Positions 10,356-21,808 of a DNA stretch of 33,901 nucleotides are shown one piece after another (the stretch's first letter is position 1; the number at the start of each line of letters is the position of its first letter). The DNA is from Octopus bimaculoides (lineage: Eukaryota): contig NC_069009.1 of the NCBI RefSeq assembly GCF_001194135.2, forward strand, positions 6,298,530 through 6,332,430, written 5' to 3'. The translations under genes and the position numbers were made by a program. The notes under the pieces were generated by a model. It saw nothing but the letters and a program-made list of their open reading frames with translations, did no database searches and had not been told where the DNA came from.

Positions 10356-11357
10356 NNNNNNNNNNNNNNNNNNNNNNNNNNNNNNNNNNNNNNNNNNNNN
10401 NNNNNNNNNNNNNNNNNNNNNNNNNNNNNNNNNNNNNNNNNNNNNNNNNNNNNNNNNNNNNNNNNNNNNNNNNNNNNNNNNNNNNNNNNNNNNNNNNNNN
10501 NNNNNNNNNNNNNNNNNNNNNNNNNNNNNNNNNNNNNNNNNNNNNNNNNNNNNNNNNNNNNNNNNNNNNNNNNNNNNNNNNNNNNNNNNNNNNNNNNNNN
10601 NNNNNNNNNNNNNNNNNNNNNNNNNNNNNNNNNNNNNNNNNNNNNNNNNNNNNNNNNNNNNNNNNNNNNNNNNNNNNNNNNNNNNNNNNNNNNNNNNNNN
10701 NNNNNNNNNNNNNNNNNNNNNNNNNNNNNNNNNNNNNNNNNNNNNNNNNNNNNNNNNNNNNNNNNNNNNNNNNNNNNNNNNNNNNNNNNNNNNNNNNNNN
10801 NNNNNNNNNNNNNNNNNNNNNNNNNNNNNNNNNNNNNNNNNNNNNNNNNNNNNNNNNNNNNNNNNNNNNNNNNNNNNNNNNNNNNNNNNNNNNNNNNNNN
10901 NNNNNNNNNNNNNNNNNNNNNNNNNNNNNNNNNNNNNNNNNNNNNNNNNNNNNNNNNNNNNNNNNNNNNNNNNNNNNNNNNNNNNNNNNNNNNNNNNNNN
11001 NNNNNNNNNNNNNNNNNNNNNNNNNNNNNNNNNNNNNNNNNNNNNNNNNNNNNNNNNNNNNNNNNNNNNNNNNNNNNNNNNNNNNNNNNNNNNNNNNNNN
11101 NNNNNNNNNNNNNNNNNNNNNNNNNNNNNNNNNNNNNNNNNNNNNNNNNNNNNNNNNNNNNNNNNNNNNNNNNNNNNNNNNTATGTTGGAGAAGCAACTC
11201 GTGCTTATCCCTGTATTTTATGATTATAAATGGTTTTACCGATAAAGGTTTTTTCATACTGAACTACTTGGCTAAATTGTTAATTATTAATTTTATTACT
11301 AATTGACGATTCCCTGCCCTATATCTGTATATATATATGTATATATATATATATATA

Positions 11358-11520
11358 TGACAGGCTTTTCTTGGGTTCCATCTACCAAATCCACTCACAA
11401 GGCTTTGGTCAGTCTGAGGCTACAGTATAAAAGACTTGCCCAAGGTGTCACACAGTGGGACTGAACCCAGAACCATGTGGTTGGGAAGCAAATTTCTTAC
11501 CACACAGCCACTCCTGTGCC
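11358..11520 (-). mobile_element. SINE family A head
   Basis: CTACCAAATCCACTCACAAGGCTTTGGTC...GGGACTGAACCCAGAACCATGTGG...CACACAGCCACTCCTGTGCC. Confidence 0.9.
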
Positions 11521-12020
11521 TATATATACAAACATACACAAACATACACACACATACACATACATGCAATATTTATACCACAATTAATATATCGCAGCGA
11601 AAATGTACACACGTATTTGTGAAATATGACTAACAGAATATAAAGTATATGCAGAATATAATATATAATATATACACACAAAACATATATGTATATATAG
11701 CACATTTATATTATATAAATATTTACACACCCCAACACACACACACATAAATGATCTTATATAAATATTGGATGCATACATATAGGTAAATACATGGCAT
11801 ATATACCTGTATATGCATGTATATATAAATATACATATACATGTATATATCGATAGAGAGAAAAAGTGATATAAATATATATACATATATATGTATGTAT
11901 ATGTATGTATGCATGTATGTATATATATATATGTATATATTTGTTGTGTATCCAAGTTTATGGTAGTGTATATAGTGATAACCGTGCATATAATGTTACA
12001 TAAATGTTTATATTATATTG

Positions 12021-12075
<55 letters not shown>

Positions 12076-12377
12076 GACAGAGTGAACTGTATTCAAATAT
12101 ATATTTCTGTGACATCAATATTAAACAAATATTTAGATAAACGTGTATAATATTTGTGCGTGTATTAAATATCCATAATGTGTATGTTCATATATGTATA
12201 ATATATATACATACATACACACATATATACAGACACACACACACACACATGCACAAACGTTTTGCTGTCTGCTCTGTATAGAATGTCGTATGTTGTATGC
12301 GAGTGTACCTGCAATTGTATACACATTCAGGATATGTTTGCATAACTGCACACACACACGTGTCTGTGTGTGTGTAC

Positions 12378-12409
<32 letters not shown>

Positions 12410-12483
12410 TCATATATATATGTATATATATGTATATATATGTATGTTTATACATATATATGTTATCAATCATAAACACATAC

Positions 12484-12537
<54 letters not shown>

Positions 12538-12559
12538 AATAATAACAATGTAATATAGA

Positions 12560-12602
<43 letters not shown>

Positions 12603-13060
12603 ATATATGTATATGTGTGTGTCTGAATGTATATACTGTATATGCACATAAAATATTTAATATACATGCCAGTATATACATGTTGGTGTTGTCTTCTGAG
12701 TCATTCAATATGGAATGGTAGAGACTGTGGAACCAACAGAGTTTATTGCCAATATATACACTGGATACCATCGTTGACTCATCATCATCATCATCATCAT
12801 CGCCGTCATCACCATCGTTATCATTGTCGTCATCATCATCATCATCATCATTTGCGCTGTTGACATGATCATCAGCATTGTTGCTTTCATCGTCATTATC
12901 ACCCCCCCCCACCCCCGCTTCATGTCATACTCAATCACCACTACCATCACTGTCATCATCGTCGTCATCATTTGCATTATTCCAATCTACGTCATCATCA
13001 CCATCAGCATCATTAATGTCATCATCATCATCATCATTCACATCTTCGTCTTCATCATCA
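11520..13060. repeat. (TA)n/(CA)n and (CAT)n microsatellite-rich stretch
   Basis: Direct inspection. Confidence 0.8.
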
Positions 13061-13063
13061 TTG

Positions 13064-13968
13064 TGAAGGCATGTGGCTTAGTGGTTAGGGACTTCAGCTT
13101 GCAATCCTAAGGTCATGTGTTCAGTTCCTGGCAGTGCATTGTATCCTTAATCAAGACACTTTACTTCACCTTGCTCCAGTCCACTTAACAGGCGAAAATG
13201 TGCTGTACTTATAATTCAGAGGGGTCAGTCTTTTCACATTTTGTGTCATGCTGAATCTCCCTGAGAACAACGTTAAGGGTTACGCATGTCTCAGGAATAC
13301 TCAGCCATTTGCACTCTCTTTTACTCTTTTTACTCTTTTACTTGTTTCAGTCATTTGACTGCGGCCATGCTGCAGCACCGCCTTTAGTCGAGCAAATCGA
13401 CCCCAGGACTTATTCTTTGTAAGCCTAGTACTTATTCTATCGGTCTCTTTTGCCGAACTGCTAAGTTACAGGGACGTAAACACACCAGCATCGGTTGTCA
13501 AGCGATGGTGGGGAGACAAACACAGACACACAAACACACACACATATATATATACATATACATATATATACGACGGGCTTCTTTCAGTTTCCGTCTACCA
13601 AATTCACTCACAAGGCGTTGGTCAGCCCAAGGCTATAGTAGAAGACACTTGCCCAAGGTGCCACGCAGTGGGACTGAACCCAGAACCATGTGGCTGGGAA
13701 GCAAGCTACTTACCACACAGCCACTCCTATGCCTATGCACNNNNNNNNNNNNNNNNNNNNNNNNNNNNNNNNNNNNNNNNNNNNNNNNNNNNNNNNNNNN
13801 NNNNNNNNNNNNNNNNNNNNNNNNNNNNNNNNNNNNNNNNNNNNNNNNNNNNNNNNNNNNNNNNNNNNNNNNNNNNNNNNNNNNNNNNNNNNNNNNNNNN
13901 NNNNNNNNNNNNNNNNNNNNNNNNNNNNNNNNNNNNNNNNNNNNNNNNNNNNNNNNNNNNNNNNNNNN

Positions 13969-14001
<33 letters not shown>

Positions 14002-14236
14002 CATATATACGACGGGCTTCTTTCAGTTTCCGTCTACCAAATTCACTCACAAGGCGTTGGTCAGCCCAAGGCTATAGTAGAAGACACTTGCCCAAGGTGC
14101 CACGCAGTGGGACTGAACCCAGAACCATGTGGCTGGGAAGCAAGCTACTTACCACACAGCCACTCCTATGCCTATGCACGTTAATTTTATGATCAGATCA
14201 GCTGGAACCTTTGTCATCACAACTGATGTAGTACCA
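13064..14236 (+). mobile_element. SINE family B (head type B1) interrupted by a family A SINE
   Basis: TGAAGGCATGTGGCTTAGTGGTTAGGG A-box and GTTCAGTTCC B-box; body stops at TTGCAC (13313) and resumes ATGCACGTTAATT (14174), with TGCAC duplicated. Confidence 0.8.
13314..14173 (-). mobile_element. Full-length SINE family A nested in family B (head appears twice because of a gap-flank duplication)
   Basis: Near-consensus copy at 13314-13734; 13969-14179 repeats 13546-13740 across the N gap. Confidence 0.9.
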
Positions 14237-14244
14237 GTTTTTAG

Positions 14245-14532
14245 TGAGGTTGCGTGGCTTGTAAGGCTGTCAGTTCAATTCCCAGTGGTGTAGTGTGTCC
14301 TTGGGCAAGACACTTTATTTCACACTGCTCTGGTTCACTCACCTGGCAATAAAGAGCTGTACCTGTATTTCAAAGGGCCAACCTTGTGACACACTATGTC
14401 ATGCTAAATCACCCTGAAAACCACTTTAAGGGTACATGTGTCTGAGGAGTACTCAGCCACTTGTACATTAATTCCAGGAGTAAGTTGTTTCATTGATTGG
14501 ATCAACTTGTCATTGTAACAGATGGAACACCA
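14245..14532 (+). mobile_element. SINE family B, diverged copy with a shortened head
   Basis: GTTCAATTCCC B-box, CCTTGGGCAAGACACTTTATTTCAC, and the shared tail AAGGGTACATGTGTCTG..GAGTACTCAGCCAC. Confidence 0.8.
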
Positions 14533-14649
14533 CTCTTCATTATCCTCATCGCTTTCCTTGTCATCATTATCATCATCCCCGTTGTCATCATCATCATCAC
14601 CATCATCATTATCATCATCTTTGTTGTTGTCATTATTATCTCCACTTAA

Positions 14650-15223
14650 GAGAAGGTTAAAGAAGGTCTTCATCCATGTAAGGTGGTGTAATCGTTTATT
14701 GGGATATGAAAGGTTTAGTCCGCTTTACACTTTTAAACCCAAACCAAACGATAACGAAGGAGATCTACTGCGAGCAGCTTGAGTGGCTTAAGTCAGCGCT
14801 AGAAGGAAAATGATCATCTTTGGTTTCAAGATGAAAGGTGTTCTTCCATCAGGATAAATGCTCAGCCACTTACAACAAGGATGACATTCCAAAAATTGGA
14901 GCAGTTTCAATGGGAAACGATGCCTCACTAACCATATTCATCAGACATTGCCCCAAGTGATTATCATTTATTCTGCAGTCTTTGAAATCATTTGGACGGA
15001 AAAAATATGAATTCTATAGACAAGATCAGAACAGTACTGGAGGAGTATTTTTCATCGAGGACAACTGAATTTTGGAAGAGAAGCCTTGCAAGTCTACCAG
15101 ATAGATCGAAGAGCATTGTAGAAAATGAAGGAGAGTATAGTTTAGATTAAAAAAAGAACTTTGTTTATCTTAATTTTGAAAAATAAAAGTATAAAAAACT
15201 GCATTATTTATGGGATGACCCAA
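14650..15223 (+). pseudogene. Mariner (DD34D) transposase 3' relic with right TIR
   Basis: Manual translation with frameshifts and stops: KEGLHPCKV / WDMKGLVRFTLLNPNQTITKEIYCEQLEWLK / FFHQDNAQP...WETMPH*PYSSDIAPSDYHLFCSL*NHLDGK...SLPDRSKSIVENEGEYSLD* (stop 15148-15150). 34 residues separate the last two catalytic D. TIR (RC TTGGGTCATCCCATAAATAATGCAGTTTTT) ends at 15223, followed by TA. Confidence 0.92.
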
Positions 15224-15230
15224 TATATAT

Positions 15231-15911
15231 ATAATATGGTATAATCTTCCATACATGGACATGACTACAAATAAAGCTAGATGATTTCTGAAATTTGTAG
15301 ATATCCTTTTCTCACACTCAAATAAATATCACAAGATCTTTGATAGAAACACAGTTAAAGTTAGCTACAATTGCCTCCCCAACACAGGTTCAATGATCTT
15401 CAATCACAATAAAGATAATACCATAAGAAACATCCCTCATAGATTATGTAATTATTTTACAGCTGCTGATAACTGTCCACCAAACAATATGTGCCTGCAA
15501 AAAGATCTGGTCACAAGACTAATATCTCTTACACTGATTACATCACAAGAATTTACATTGATATAATTGAAAATACCTTCAAGGAAAGATACACACAGCA
15601 CTTGGCTTTGCTTGGAGAAAAGAATAGATGATATACATCTTTGTCAAACATGATATAGAAACTTAAAGGTAGGAGCATGGATAATCCACCCAAAACTGGA
15701 GCATCACAGCTACAACAACTATAAGGGATGAAACAACAGATGTAACTTCTGTATCACAGAGAAATTAAGCATCACAACATCAACAACAAACATTTTTAAC
15801 AATAGGAAAGAAACCTTCTCCCATTGCATGCACAAATACCAATTTAAATTAGGAGCTTTCAAGCATGACCCATTGTCCACCTTAGCATGTATCCAACGAG
15901 GATCAATTTAA
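15231..15911 (+). pseudogene. Penelope-like element relic: Cys-rich linker plus GIY-YIG endonuclease region (Neptune-like)
   Basis: IIWYNLPYMDMTTNKAR*FLKFVD...YHKIFDRNTVKVSYNCLPN...LCNY...NCPPNNMCLQKD / IYIDIIENTFKERYTQH...TSLS / CNFCITEKLSI...FNNRKETFSHCMHK. These match the remembered PLE motifs IIWFNPPY, HKIFNRNTVKVSYSC, YIG.TE..FK.RY..H and C.LCL.EK...LN.R.E...C.H. Confidence 0.85.
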
Positions 15912-16168
15912 GATATAATGTTGATGTTGATTTTATGCACAACATGCATGATAGACATTTACTCCCAAGAAATCATGCTTGAATTCTAAACTGCACAGAT
16001 ATGTGTAACATACACATAACACTTACAAGACATCATGCAGCTTGCGAAATATATTTCATAGATTAATGCATATTCAAAACCCATGGAAACCCGATAAATG
16101 AGAAGATGCACATGTGCATACATCAAATGTTCAGTACATTAGTATACTTTAGAATATTCTTATATATA

Positions 16169-16564
16169 CTCTTTACTCTCTCTTTACTCTTTTACTTGTT
16201 TCAGTCATTTGACTGCGGCCATGCTGGAGCACCGCCTTAAGTCAAGCAAATCGACCCCAAGACTTATTCTTTGAAAGCCTAGTACTTATTCTATCGGTCT
16301 CTTTTGCCGAACTGCTAAGTTACGGGGGACGTAAACACACCAGCATCGGTTGTCAACCGATGTTGGGGGACAAACACAGACACACATATACATATACATA
16401 CGATGGGCTTCTTTCAGTTTCCGTCTACCAAATCCACTCACAAGGCTTTGGTCGGCCCAAGGCTATAGTAGAAGACACTTGCCCAAAGTGCCACGCAGTG
16501 GGACTGAACCCAGAACTATGTGGTTTGTAAGCAAGCTACTTACCACACAGCCACTCCTGCACCT
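16169..16564 (-). mobile_element. Full-length SINE family A
   Basis: Near-consensus head, microsatellite middle and tail. Confidence 0.95.
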
Positions 16565-16829
16565 ATATGTGAAAAATGCCAAAACCAATGTAAAGAAAAA
16601 AACAACTGAAAAAGTTACCACATGAATTGCCTCCCCTTATATGTGTCTCTATCACTTTCGAAGTCTCACATAACCTCATATAATCTCATCCAAAATGAAC
16701 GTGATTACCAACATTTTAAAGTGGGATGCTTGAAGAATTGTGAAAATTTCCACATGAAACCAACTTACTAATTTCCTACACCTTGATCCATGGATCTTTC
16801 CTTTACATATCATAATGTATATATATCAG

Positions 16830-17078
16830 GATCATCATCATCATCATCGTTTAACGTCCGCTTTCCATGCTAGCATGGGTTGGACGATTTGACTGAGGAC
16901 TGGTGAAACCGGATGGCTGCACCAGGCTCCAATCTGATTTGGCAGAGTTTCTCCAGCTGGATGCCCTTCCTAACGCCAACCACTCAGAGAGTGTAGTGGG
17001 TGTTTTTACATGCCACTAGCACTAGGGCCAGTCAGGCAGTACTGGCAACGGCCATGCTCAAAAGGGCCTCCAAAGAAA
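16830..17078 (-). mobile_element. SINE-like family D 3' portion
   Basis: (CAT)n CGTTTAACGTCCGCTTTCCATGCTAGCATGGGTTGGAC...CTGGATGCCCTTCCTAACGCCAACCAC. Confidence 0.85.
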
Positions 17079-17087
17079 AAGTCCTGG

Positions 17088-17175
17088 GGTTGATTTGCTC
17101 GACTAAATGTGGTGCTCCAGCATGGCCACAGTCAAATGACAGAAACAAGTAAAAAGAGTAAAAAAAAAGAGTAAA
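17088..17175 (+). mobile_element. SINE family A 3' tail fragment
   Basis: GTCCTGGGGTTGATTTGCTCGACTAAATGTGGTGCTCCAGCATGGCCACAGTCAAATGACAGAAACAAGTAAAAAGAG. Confidence 0.85.
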
Positions 17176-17378
17176 AGTCTGGGAACCTTTTGATACCCCC
17201 TCATATAAACATTCTGGTATATAATTGCTTTACAAAATTACTTAAGCAGACATTATAGTCAAGCGATTTGGGACAAGATGGAAAAGAATGGTGCAATCAA
17301 GACAGAATTGGAAGTGCATTGTGATCAGTGGTGTATAACAGCATCTGATGGTCTGGTTGATACTCTGATACTTTGAGA

Positions 17379-17410
<32 letters not shown>

Positions 17411-17423
17411 AATAGAGAAAAAA

Positions 17424-17775
17424 AATTTTTTAATTCTCAAATGCGTGATAATGCTAATAAATAGCGTGATCAGGATAAATTATCCATACGTTGCAGAAAA
17501 ATATGTTACAAGCCAGCCATGAGACTCGAACACACATGTCAAGTGCTTTAGCATTAAGCTAAACTCTCCAGTAATGAATTCTTCTGCAATTTTAGAACTT
17601 ATGCTAACGTTAAATTCAACTTATGATGAAAGTAAACAAACAAAGTTTGTTTTAGAAGCGTTGAGATGTATTGAAAGATACAGAAATAATTTTTTTTAAT
17701 TCTCAAACGCATGATAATGCTAATAAATAGCGTGAGCAGGATAAATTATCCATGCATTGCAGAAAAATACGTTAC
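17424..17775 (-). repeat. ~86-bp direct repeats (period 266 bp) enclosing a tRNA-like Pol III-type segment
   Basis: 17424-17509 matches 17688-17775; the minus strand of 17511-17570 has TAGCTTAATGCT (A-box-like) and GTTCGAGTC (B-box). Confidence 0.65.
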
Positions 17776-17934
17776 CAGATATAAATACGTTACGGATAAT
17801 ATATCCATACTTTGCAGTCCCACACAAACGCAAAACATGTGCATGTGTGAAAAAATGTAAGAATGGTAGTACACAATATATGGACATAGCCCCAGATTTT
17901 AACTTATGAAGATTATTAGGGCGTACATATGCTT

Positions 17935-18180
17935 CTAAAGTGGATGCACAAGGCAAACTGGTTAGAGTGGTGGACTCATAAATGTAAGATTCTGGTTTCA
18001 ATTCTGGACTGGATGATATACTGTGTTCTTGAGCAAAACACTGCATTTCACATTCCCTCCAGTCCACTCAGCTGGTAAAAAGGAGTGATGGCTGTGATGG
18101 ACTGGCGTCCTATCCAGGGTGGTATATATATGTCAGAGAAACTTGGAAACTGGCCCCTTATGCGGACTAACCCTATATGC
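17935..18180 (+). mobile_element. Diverged tRNA-derived SINE (B1-like head and core, different 3' module GATGGACTGGCGTCCTATCCAGGG)
   Basis: CTGGTTAGAGTGG...GGTTTCAATTC; TTGAGCAAAACACT...CCAGTCCACTCAGCTGG shared with family B1. Confidence 0.7.
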
Positions 18181-18189
18181 CTATGAAAC

Positions 18190-18499
18190 TGAATAATGTG
18201 CAACCTAGACAACATGTTACAACACACACATACATATATATACACACTAGCACACATACAAATACACACATGCACACACACACACACACGTATGTGTATA
18301 ATGAGGTCTCAGGAAAGCGTATGTTTGAACATACATGATGTACATGCAATTATTAACACCCCTGTATATACTCAGTGAGCAATTATCTATGTGTGTGTGT
18401 GTGTGTGTGTGTACACACACACACAAGCACACACATTCATAATTGAGGAAAACCATAAATTTAATAGATGCCTGTTTATAATAACAACAACAATGAAAA

Positions 18500-18530
<31 letters not shown>

Positions 18531-18745
18531 AAGAAACGCACAAAAGACAAATCACACCCTGCTACTACTTCCTACAACAACAACTATTCAACACCAGCGC
18601 CACCACTACTACTACTACTACTAATAATGATGATAACAGTAAAAATAATAATAATAATAATAATTATGTACTTTGATATATATGTATGTAGGTGAGTGTA
18701 TAAATATATATATATATATATATACATACATATATATATATATAG

Positions 18746-18801
<56 letters not shown>

Positions 18802-19121
18802 CCTTATACACATTTCTGGTAATTATAAATACCATTGAACAAAGGAAGAGATTTGTACTGAGCAACCGAGCCCAAATTGGTTAATATATATAATATGTCT
18901 AACCACACACTGTGAATGAGATTATTTATATTTTTCTGAGCACAAGTATGATGTATATTGTGTGCGGCTGCATATATATATATATATGCAAACACACACT
19001 TTAAGTATATATATATATACACGCATATGTATTAAAAGTATATATACACACACATATATATTAAGCATATATGTGTATATATATATGTATATATATAGGG
19101 GGAGAAGGAGAAAGATTTATA

Positions 19122-19173
<52 letters not shown>

Positions 19174-19227
19174 TACATACATATATACACATACATATAG
19201 AAGCATTTATATATATATATATAACAT
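18190..19227. repeat. Microsatellite-rich stretch: (CA)n, (GAA)n, (TAA)n, (TA)n
   Basis: Direct inspection. Confidence 0.8.
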
Positions 19228-19483
19228 TTGAGAGACATGCAAGACATGGATGCGGAGGTCTTCAAGACAAAGCTCAACGCTTTCCTCTCCACAGTACCAG
19301 ACGAACCAATGGCTCGTAATGAGACGCAGTTTAGGGCAGCTATGTCAAATTCTCTTATACACCAGATGTGCCATCAAAACTCTTGATTGGACCATGTCAG
19401 GTGGGGGAGAAGAGCCATGCAAGGAACGTGAAAATCACGGTGGTGCACCAGCATGACTGCAGCCACTTGGCTGAAACACATAA

Positions 19484-19490
<7 letters not shown>
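19228..19490 (+). mobile_element. CR1-clade LINE 3' end (ORF2 C-terminus plus 3' UTR)
   Basis: 19228-19386 translates LRDMQDMDAEVFKTKLNAFLSTVPDEPMARNETQFRAAMSNSLIHQMCHQNS*, fitting the FK..LD.FL..VPDEP...AA.SNSL terminus of invertebrate CR1 ORF2; the UTR ends ...GGCTGAAACACATAAATAAATA. Confidence 0.8.
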
Positions 19491-19527
<37 letters not shown>

Positions 19528-19625
19528 GTTTATTATATATAAATGCAGGTACATATATATATGTAAATGTAAGAATGTGTGTTTGTGTATATATAGGGTC
19601 TTATATATCTGTTATATATATGTAC

Positions 19626-19666
<41 letters not shown>

Positions 19667-20674
19667 TATATAGATACATTTATAAAAAATAAGTGTATCA
19701 CTTGATAAACAAATAAATATACAAGTGCACATGCATATATATGCACAAATACATATGCACATGTGCAAAAGCACCATACACTCACTCAGATGTGTGCATC
19801 AAACACACACCCATGTATACATACATTAACATATACATATATAAATATTTGCCTATAAACAAATATATATATATATATGTATGTATGTATATATATGCGC
19901 ACTCACGTATATGTATATGCATGACAGTTATTATAGGTGACTGCTATTTCCTGTAACACTGTGCTGGCTTTTACTTGATACACATTTCTTTAGGCATTAT
20001 TATTTTCAAATAAAGATTTTAAAAAATATCCTAAATTCCCTTATTGTTGAAATTTGAATTGAAATTAAATTTAAATTCATGTAGCCTGCTGTTTGAAAGT
20101 CTCTAGCAGAAAAAAAGAAACATGTTTAAAAACGTAAGCATAAATTTCCTTCTGTGCAAAATGTATAAATCTGTCTCCTACATTGAATATCATAGCAGAT
20201 ACAGTACTTCAACCACGGAAAATTTGCATCTCTTCCTTCCGTTAAATGGTTCCATTTTATACCCACTTCTTGCTTCTATTATGTGTTTCCAGTTTAAATC
20301 CACACCATTTACTACACCTTCTTTGAGGTTCTACATGTGTTGTGTTGGTGAATCATAGTTGCTTCTGTCAGTATTTTTTAATGAATGTGTGTGTGTGTTA
20401 TACATCATGTTTTGATGGTGTTTTCTGTTAATATCACATAAGCTTTTTTTTTATTTTTCAAAAATAGAAATAATACATGTCTAAATCTCTCAGAGAGATT
20501 TATACAGTAGTAACACTATAAAGTGGTGGTATGTTGTCAACTTAATGTGACAGTCTCATGAGAGGGAATAATACTACTGCTATTTAGTCCTAGGAAGCAC
20601 TGCTTCTTGTTGGCCTTGACACATTTCCTGTGTCCTTATGTTTACAAAGTGGGAGATAAGCACCTCCACCCAGC

Positions 20675-20740
20675 AAAGCCAGCATCCAGAGACTAGTTTC
20701 TGAGTCATTGCTCATCATCAGTTTGGAGTAGCATGGCTTG
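20675..20740 (-). ncRNA. Minimal type I hammerhead ribozyme (GUC site, palindromic stem III)
   Basis: Minus strand reads TCCAAA-CTGATGA-TGAG CAATGA CTCA-GAA-ACTAGT-C-TCTGGA; one mismatch in stem I. Confidence 0.85.
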
Positions 20741-20929
20741 CTAGCTGTCAATCCTATCTGCCTCTGTAAACATAATAATTCAAGTGAAATACACTCACAG
20801 ATAATGATAACTACTGTATAAATCTCTCATAGAGATTTAGAAATATATTATTTCTATTTTTGAAATCAGTGAATGTATTTCACTTGAATTATTATATGTT
20901 TACAGAGACAGATAGGTATTGACAGCTAG

Positions 20930-20995
20930 AAAGCCAGGCTACTCCAGACTGATGATGAGCAATGACTCAGAAACTATTCTCTGGATGCTGGCTTT
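20930..20995 (+). ncRNA. Minimal type I hammerhead ribozyme (stem III mutated, UUC triplet)
   Basis: AAAGCCAG-GCTAC-TCCAGA-CTGATGA(20949-20955)-TGAG CAATGA CTCA-GAA-ACTATT-C(20979)-TCTGGA-TG-CTGGCTTT: 6-bp plus 8-bp stem I with an internal loop. Confidence 0.85.
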
Positions 20996-21569
20996 GCTGG
21001 GTGGAGGTGCTTATCTCCCCCTTTGTAAACATAAGGACACAGGAAATGTGTCAAGGCCAACAAGAAGCAGTGCTTCCTAGGGCTAAATAGCAGTAGTATT
21101 ATTCCCTTTTTCATGGGACTGTCACATTAAGTTGACAACGTAACACCAAGCTTTTTTCCTTTATTCCAGTTGTTGATTTTACTTTAAGCTCTACACTTCT
21201 ATTTATTAGGAATCCTCGTTAGTGAAAGAAGATTAGTGTATTTCTTTCTACAAATGAATTATAATTGATGCATTGCTACTTTTCTTTTTATGCAGTTGGA
21301 GTGAGTCTCTCTTATCCAAACAACTGTAGCTCTTTTTGTGAAATTCTCTTAAATATATTTTTCATGTTGGTGTGCACTTTTCAATATGAAAAATTTCCAT
21401 TTTATATGTGTGGTGATAGTTATGCTATATGTAGGGATGTACCATGTTATCTTTCTATCTATTTCTATGCTCAGTATTTATATACATATGTTTATATGCA
21501 TGTATGTCATTATTTAGTTTTATTTAAAAATTTCTTGCCAACAGAGAAAGAGCCATCTTGTTTGTTGTT

Positions 21570-21615
21570 AACACAACATTTCGGCTGATATACCCTCCAG
21601 CCTTCATCAGGTGTC
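21570..21615 (-). ncRNA. Minimal type I hammerhead ribozyme (stem III ACGT mutated to ATGT)
   Basis: Reverse complement of the 21763-21808 motif with one substitution. Confidence 0.7.
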
Positions 21616-21762
21616 TTGGGGAAATTTTGAACGTGGGTTCTCATTCCTAACGATGTTACTATTATTATATTATTATTATTATTATTATTAATACTATTAT
21701 TAATCAGGTCGCTGCCGTGAATCATCGTTAGGAATGAGAACCCAGGTTCGAAATTTCCCCAA

Positions 21763-21808
21763 GACACCTGATGAAGGCTGGAGGGTATATCAGCCGAAAC
21801 GTTGTGTT
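21763..21808 (+). ncRNA. Minimal type I hammerhead ribozyme (palindromic stem III, likely acting as a dimer)
   Basis: GACAC-CTGATGA(21768-21774)-A-GGCTG GAGGGTATAT CAGCC-GAA-ACGT-T(21803)-GTGTT; GUU triplet. Confidence 0.78.

Larger units (their letters stand above)
20456..21148. mobile_element. Head-to-head pair of circularly permuted ~350-nt hammerhead-bearing monomers (retrozyme-like)
   Basis: A (20456-20511) is the RC of A' (20810-20865); B (20524-20798) is the RC of B' (20869-21148), ~94% identical; order is A-B-A'-B'; each B contains an HHR. Confidence 0.8.

Noticed and set aside
12670-12780. Short non-repetitive protein-like stretch (VIQYGMVETVEPTEFIANIYTGYHR)
   Set aside because: Bounded by stops, with no convincing splice-site pair and no recognisable domain.
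13546-14179. Apparent tandem duplication of a SINE A head
   Set aside because: Identical copies flank an N gap; assembly artefact.
16890-16915. CTGAGGA...GAAA in the family D tail
   Set aside because: Only 5 nt between the motifs and no stem II; not a hammerhead.
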